From an uncultured Acidimicrobiia bacterium (lineage in GTDB: Bacteria; Actinomycetota; Acidimicrobiia; Acidimicrobiales; AC-14): 64,000 nucleotides of DNA. How positions within the stretch are numbered: position 1 is the first letter of the stretch; each line of letters begins with the position of its first letter. Made by a program: the position numbers and the translations under genes. This document shows, piece by piece, positions 60,028 through 64,000 of the stretch. The notes beneath the pieces were generated by a model. That model did not search any database and was not told the origin of the DNA. It saw only the letters and a list, made by a program, of their open reading frames with translations. The DNA is taken from assembly GCA_963825765.1 (NCBI GenBank), contig CAWGUU010000018.1, positions 16,401 through 80,400 of the forward strand, written 5' to 3'.

Positions 60028-63000
60028 ATGCGGGCGTCAAGGGCTGGATTCACGACGGCGGCCACGGGGAGCAGGGGCAGGGGCAAGGGGACGCCGGCGC
60101 TGGTAGGCGCGATGCTGGCATCGCTCCTTGTGTTCCTGGGCGCGGCTGCGGGCCCGGCGACGGCACAGACCGAAACGCCGACCACGGAGCCGCAGGCCTC
60201 CGAGGCGCCGGCCACCACCGACACCGCCGCGGCCTTGGGCGGCGAGACGCCCGCCGACGCAGGCCCCGCGTCCGGGGATGCGGGGTCATCCGGCGAGAGC
60301 GCCGACACGGGCAAGGCGACCAGCTCGGCGAACTCGGGAGCCAGCTCGAACGCAACCGGCCGACCGGGCCCGAGCGGTGACGCCCGGAACCTGACCAACG
60401 CCGTCGCCGCCGGGGGCGAGGGGGGCGAGGGCGGTATCGCCGGGTCGCTCTCCGTCGGAGCCGACGGCGTTGTCGCGTCCGTAGGTACCAGCGGCTCGAG
60501 TGGCGCCCTCAGCGGAGTCGTCGCCTCGATCGCCGATGCGTCCGGCGGGGCCGGCGGGTCGGCGCTGGTGGCGCTCTCACCGGTGGCCCTTTCCGGCGAT
60601 ACCGGTTCGGCCACCGCCCAGTCCTCTGCCACCAACACGGGTGCCACCGGTGACGCCAGCTCGACGGCCGTCGCCAACCCGACCTCGACCTCAGGTTCAA
60701 CCGGGAACAGCAGCGGCACGGGCGGCTCGGCCACGCCCAACCCCTTCGCCCTCAACACGGGCATCCTGAGCATCACGCCGGTGACTCGAGAGGGCGGCGT
60801 CGGGAGCACCACCCAGACCTCCGGCGGGAACCCCCTCGGCGGCATCGGCGTCGCCTCCGGCTCCTCGCCGAACGAGTCCGCCGATTCAGGTTCAACCGGT
60901 AACTCCGGAGCGGTGTCCTCGATCGGCCTGGCCAGCAGCTCGGCGAACTCCGGCGCGTCAAGTACGTCCACGAGCGTCTCCGGTGACACCGGTGACGCGG
61001 TCAACGACATCGACGTCCTCGCCCTCGGCGGCGAAGGCGGCGACGGCGGCTTCGCCCTCCCGATCGCCCTCGGTGGCAGTGCCGCCAATGTGATCGTCGG
61101 CACGCCCGGCGCGGCCGGTGGGGCCGGCGGGGCCGACGTCGGCGCGGCCGGCGGCGCGGGCGCGGCCGGTGCCGATGATGTCGGCGGCGCTGGTGGTGCA
61201 GGTGGCGCGGGTGGAGCAGGTGGAGCCGGTGGCGTGGGTGTCCCGCCTGCGGCCGGTGGAGCAGGCGGCACGGGTGGAGCCGGCGGCGCGGGCGGTGGCG
61301 GCGCGCCCGGTACCGGCGGCGCAGGCGGTGCGGGCACAACCGGTGGAGCGGCGGCCGGTGGCGCCGGCGTCGCGGGCGGCACGGGTGGGGGAGCGTCCGG
61401 GAGCCCCACGGCGGTCGGAGGCAGCGCCATCGCTGTCGGCACCGCCGACGGTGGCGCGGGTGGCGATGCCACGGTCACGTTCGGCAGTCCGACTGCAGTG
61501 TCCGGGAGCTCGGGCGCCTCGGTGGCCCAGAGCAGCAGCACGAACAGCGGCGACACCGGCGACGCGGAGTCCGAGGCGGAATCCAGCCCGACCGCGGTGT
61601 CCGGCGACACGGGTGACTCCGGCGACACGGGTGACGTGGCGTCCAGCCCGACGGCCGCCAACTCGGCGATCCTCGGCGCGGCCATCGTGATCGACGGCGA
61701 CGTCGAGTCCGGCGACTCCGGTGACACCGGCACCACCGGCGACGCCGCCGCGGTCGGCGCGGCCACCAGCTTCGCCAACAGCGGGGCCAACAGCGACGTC
61801 GTGTCCACGTCCGGCGACACCGGCTCGGCGGAGAACGACGTGGAGGCCCTGGTCGTGGCCGGCGAGGGTGGCGACGGCGGCATCGTCGTTCCCATCGCCG
61901 TGGGCGGCGACGCCCTCAACGTCCTGGCCGGCGCGGCCGGTGGCACCGGCGGTACGGGTGGCGCCGCCACCGGCGGGGCCGGCGGCGCGGGTGGCGCAGG
62001 AGGCGCCGGAACGGGCGGGGCCGGTGGGGCGGGTGGCGGCGGCGGGGCCGGCGGGGCGGGCGGGGACTCAGCGGCGGTCACCGTCGTGGTCGGCGACCCC
62101 GCTCCGGTGATCGCACCCATCGTCACCGGCGGGCAGGGCGGTGCGGGCGGCGCCGGTGGGGCGGGCGGCACGGGCGGCATCGGCACGGGCGGTGCGGGCG
62201 GCACGGGTGGGGCGGGCGGCGCCGCGGCCGGCGGCGGGGGCGGCGCGGGAGGCGCTGGAGGCGCGGCCACAGGAAGTCCCACCGCCATCGGCGGCGCGGC
62301 GATCGCGGTCGGCTCCGCCGACGGGGGTGCCGGAGGATCGGCCACGTTCTCGGCCAGCCCCGAAGCCCGGTCCGGAGCCTCGGGCGCCACGAGCGCCAAG
62401 ACGTCGGCCACCAACACCGGCGACACCGGCGACGCCGACTCGAGCGCGGAGTCGAGCCCGTCGGCCGTCTCCGGCGACTCCGGCGACTCCGGTGACACTG
62501 GCGACGCCACATCCAGCCCGTCGGCCACCAACACAGGCCTTTTGGGCGCGGCAGTTGCCATCGGTGGCGACGTCGAGTCCGGCGACTCCGGCGCCTCGGG
62601 TGCCACCGGCAACGCCGCAGCAGTTGGCGCGGCGTCGAGCTTCGCCAACTCCGGCGCCAACGCCGACGGCGTCTCGGTCTCGGGTGACACGGGCGCGGCC
62701 GCCAACGACCTCGACGTGCTCGTCCTGGCCGGTGAGGGTGGCGACGGCGGCGTGGCCATCCCCGTGGCCCTCGGCGGCGATGCCACCAACGTGATGCTCG
62801 GTGGCGCCGGCGGTGGCGGCGGCACGGGCGGCGCGGCCACAGGCGGTGCCGGAGGCCTGGCCGGCGCCGGTGGCGCAGGGCTCGGCGGCGCCGGCGGTGG
62901 CGGTGGCACAGGCGGTGGCGGCGGGGCCGGCGGGTCGGCCACCGAGGTCTCCACCGTCGTCAACACCATCAACGTGGCCGGCGGAGACGCCGCCGTCGCG

Positions 63001-64000
63001 GTCACGATCGTCCCGATCGTCAGCGGCGGCGCCGGCGGCGCGGGCGCGCTCGGCGGCGCTGGCGGTGCCGGCGGCGGGGGCCTCGGCGGCGCAGGTGGCA
63101 CCGGCGGCACCGGCGGTACGGCAACCGGGGGTGCCGGCGGCGCCGGCGGTGCCGGTGGGACCGTGTCGGGCAGCCCGACGGCGGTCACCGGGCCCACCGT
63201 GGCCACAGCTTCGGCCGGCGGCGGCGCAGGTGGGGCGGCGAGCCTCATCACCAACAGCCCCATCGCGACCTCGGGCGCCTCGGGCTCTTCCAGCACCCAG
63301 GTTTCGGCCACCAATACGGGCGACACCGGCGACGCGTCGTCCAGCGCCGAGGCCAGCCCCGTCGCCGTGTCCGGCGACTCGGGCGACTCGGGCGACTCGG
63401 GCAGTGCCACCTCCACCCCCACGGCCGCCAACGGCTCGATCCTCGGGATCGCCCTTGCGGTCGGCGGAGACGCCGAGACCGGCGACACGGGTGTCACCGG
63501 CGACACAGGCGCATCGGTCGGCGTGGGTACCGCGTCCAGCACCGCCATCTCCGGGGCCAGTGCCTCCGGCGTGTCCTTCTCGGGCGAGACCGGCTCGGCT
63601 GCGAACGAACTCGACCTTGTCGTCGTCGGCGGCGAGGGTGGCGACGCCGGCCTCGCTCTGGCCGCGTCGGCCGGCGGCAACGCCACCAACGTCATGGTCG
63701 GCGGAGCCGCGGGCGTCGGCGGGGTCGGTGGCGCGGCCACGGGTGGAGCCGGAGGCGCAGGCGGGAGCGGCGGAGCGGGCTTCGGCGGCTTCGGCGGCGC
63801 GGCCGGCGGCGGTGGCGCGGGCGGTGGCGGCGGCGCGGCAGTCGCGAACGACGCCGTCGTCACCACGATCACCACGGCCAACGGCGACGCCACCGTCACC
63901 ACCCTCGACGCCCCCATCGTCAGCGGTGGAGCGGGAGGTGCGGGCGCCGGTGGTGGCGCGGGCGGTGCCGGCGGGCCCGGCACCGGCGGCACAGGTGGTA
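60028..64000 (+). CDS. giant secreted Gly/Ala/Ser/Thr/Asp-rich repeat protein (PGRS-like beta-roll/beta-helix-type), 3'-partial (>1320 aa)
   Basis: GCGAGG RBS + ATG 60028; signal peptide MRASRAGFTTAATGSRGRGKGTPALVGAMLASLLVFLGAAAGPATA/Q; manual translation open to window end; about 830-900-bp imperfect repeats each containing SSPTAVSGDTGDSGDTGD...GDVESGDSG...NDxDxLxxxGEGGDGG...GGDAxNV plus GGAGGxGG tracts. Confidence 0.6.
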   Translation, partial: MRASRAGFTTAATGSRGRGKGTPALVGAMLASLLVFLGAAAGPATAQTETPTTEPQASEAPATTDTAAALGGETPADAGPASGDAGSSGESADTGKATSSANSGASSNATGRPGPSGDARNLTNAVAAGGEGGEGGIAGSLSVGADGVVASVGTSGSSGALSGVVASIADASGGAGGSALVALSPVALSGDTGSATAQSSATNTGATGDASSTAVANPTSTSGSTGNSSGTGGSATPNPFALNTGILSITPVTREGGVGSTTQTSGGNPLGGIGVASGSSPNESADSGSTGNSGAVSSIGLASSSANSGASSTSTSVSGDTGDAVNDIDVLALGGEGGDGGFALPIALGGSAANVIVGTPGAAGGAGGADVGAAGGAGAAGADDVGGAGGAGGAGGAGGAGGVGVPPAAGGAGGTGGAGGAGGGGAPGTGGAGGAGTTGGAAAGGAGVAGGTGGGASGSPTAVGGSAIAVGTADGGAGGDATVTFGSPTAVSGSSGASVAQSSSTNSGDTGDAESEAESSPTAVSGDTGDSGDTGDVASSPTAANSAILGAAIVIDGDVESGDSGDTGTTGDAAAVGAATSFANSGANSDVVSTSGDTGSAENDVEALVVAGEGGDGGIVVPIAVGGDALNVLAGAAGGTGGTGGAATGGAGGAGGAGGAGTGGAGGAGGGGGAGGAGGDSAAVTVVVGDPAPVIAPIVTGGQGGAGGAGGAGGTGGIGTGGAGGTGGAGGAAAGGGGGAGGAGGAATGSPTAIGGAAIAVGSADGGAGGSATFSASPEARSGASGATSAKTSATNTGDTGDADSSAESSPSAVSGDSGDSGDTGDATSSPSATNTGLLGAAVAIGGDVESGDSGASGATGNAAAVGAASSFANSGANADGVSVSGDTGAAANDLDVLVLAGEGGDGGVAIPVALGGDATNVMLGGAGGGGGTGGAATGGAGGLAGAGGAGLGGAGGGGGTGGGGGAGGSATEVSTVVNTINVAGGDAAVAVTIVPIVSGGAGGAGALGGAGGAGGGGLGGAGGTGGTGGTATGGAGGAGGAGGTVSGSPTAVTGPTVATASAGGGAGGAASLITNSPIATSGASGSSSTQVSATNTGDTGDASSSAEASPVAVSGDSGDSGDSGSATSTPTAANGSILGIALAVGGDAETGDTGVTGDTGASVGVGTASSTAISGASASGVSFSGETGSAANELDLVVVGGEGGDAGLALAASAGGNATNVMVGGAAGVGGVGGAATGGAGGAGGSGGAGFGGFGGAAGGGGAGGGGGAAVANDAVVTTITTANGDATVTTLDAPIVSGGAGGAGAGGGAGGAGGPGTGGTGG

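Noticed and set aside
59739-63992. 1417-aa minus-strand ORF (Pro/Ala/Thr-rich)
   Set aside because: Antisense of the forward Gly-rich gene, sharing its third codon position. Pure low complexity, no start context, whereas the forward frame has RBS, signal peptide and structured repeats.

Overview
High-GC (about 70%) actinobacterial-type chromosome segment. Conserved core genes sit at both ends. On the left: a complex I operon (nuoC partial, nuoD, then nuoH to nuoN) with no nuoE/F/G between nuoD and nuoH, followed by a MidA/NDUFAF7-like methyltransferase, acs, a HAD hydrolase, htpX, an M23 peptidase, yajQ and tRNA-Tyr (16284..16365). On the right: tRNA-Thr, tRNA-Met, tuf, rpmG, an ECF sigma factor with a zinc anti-sigma factor, tRNA-Trp, secE, nusG, rplK, rplA. 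In many Actinobacteria tRNA-Tyr sits immediately upstream of tRNA-Thr-tRNA-Met-rpmG-...-tRNA-Trp-secE-nusG-rplKA. Here about 38 kb (roughly 16.4 to 54.5 kb) lies between them and looks accessory. It contains: an IS4-like two-ORF insertion sequence; an MtrA/MtrB/LpqB-like two-component module with four STAS antagonist genes and a SpoIIE/PP2C phosphatase scattered around it; ccdA/tlpA; NhaA; an L,D-transpeptidase with a perfect (TTTPP)n linker; NfeD-flotillin; secF and ccdA 3' fragments; a radical SAM/CMD operon opposite a DoxX/DUF2064 set; a degraded response regulator next to a csoR-copA (CPH-type)-cupredoxin copper cluster; a recombinase-in-trio (RIT)-like element nested against an IS21 istB remnant; an ORF-poor, lower-GC stretch; a LuxR-type two-component system whose kinase carries tandem GAF domains encoded by perfect 507-bp DNA repeats; and a 3'-truncated integrase plus GNAT next to tRNA-Thr. 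Beyond rplA a giant Sec-secreted Gly/Ala/Ser/Thr/Asp-rich repeat protein (PGRS-like, >1300 aa) runs off the window; its antisense 1417-aa Pro/Ala ORF is an artifact. Several genes show single-nucleotide frameshifts, often in G/C homopolymers, so apparent pseudogenes may be sequencing errors. Starts in this GC-rich DNA are approximate.
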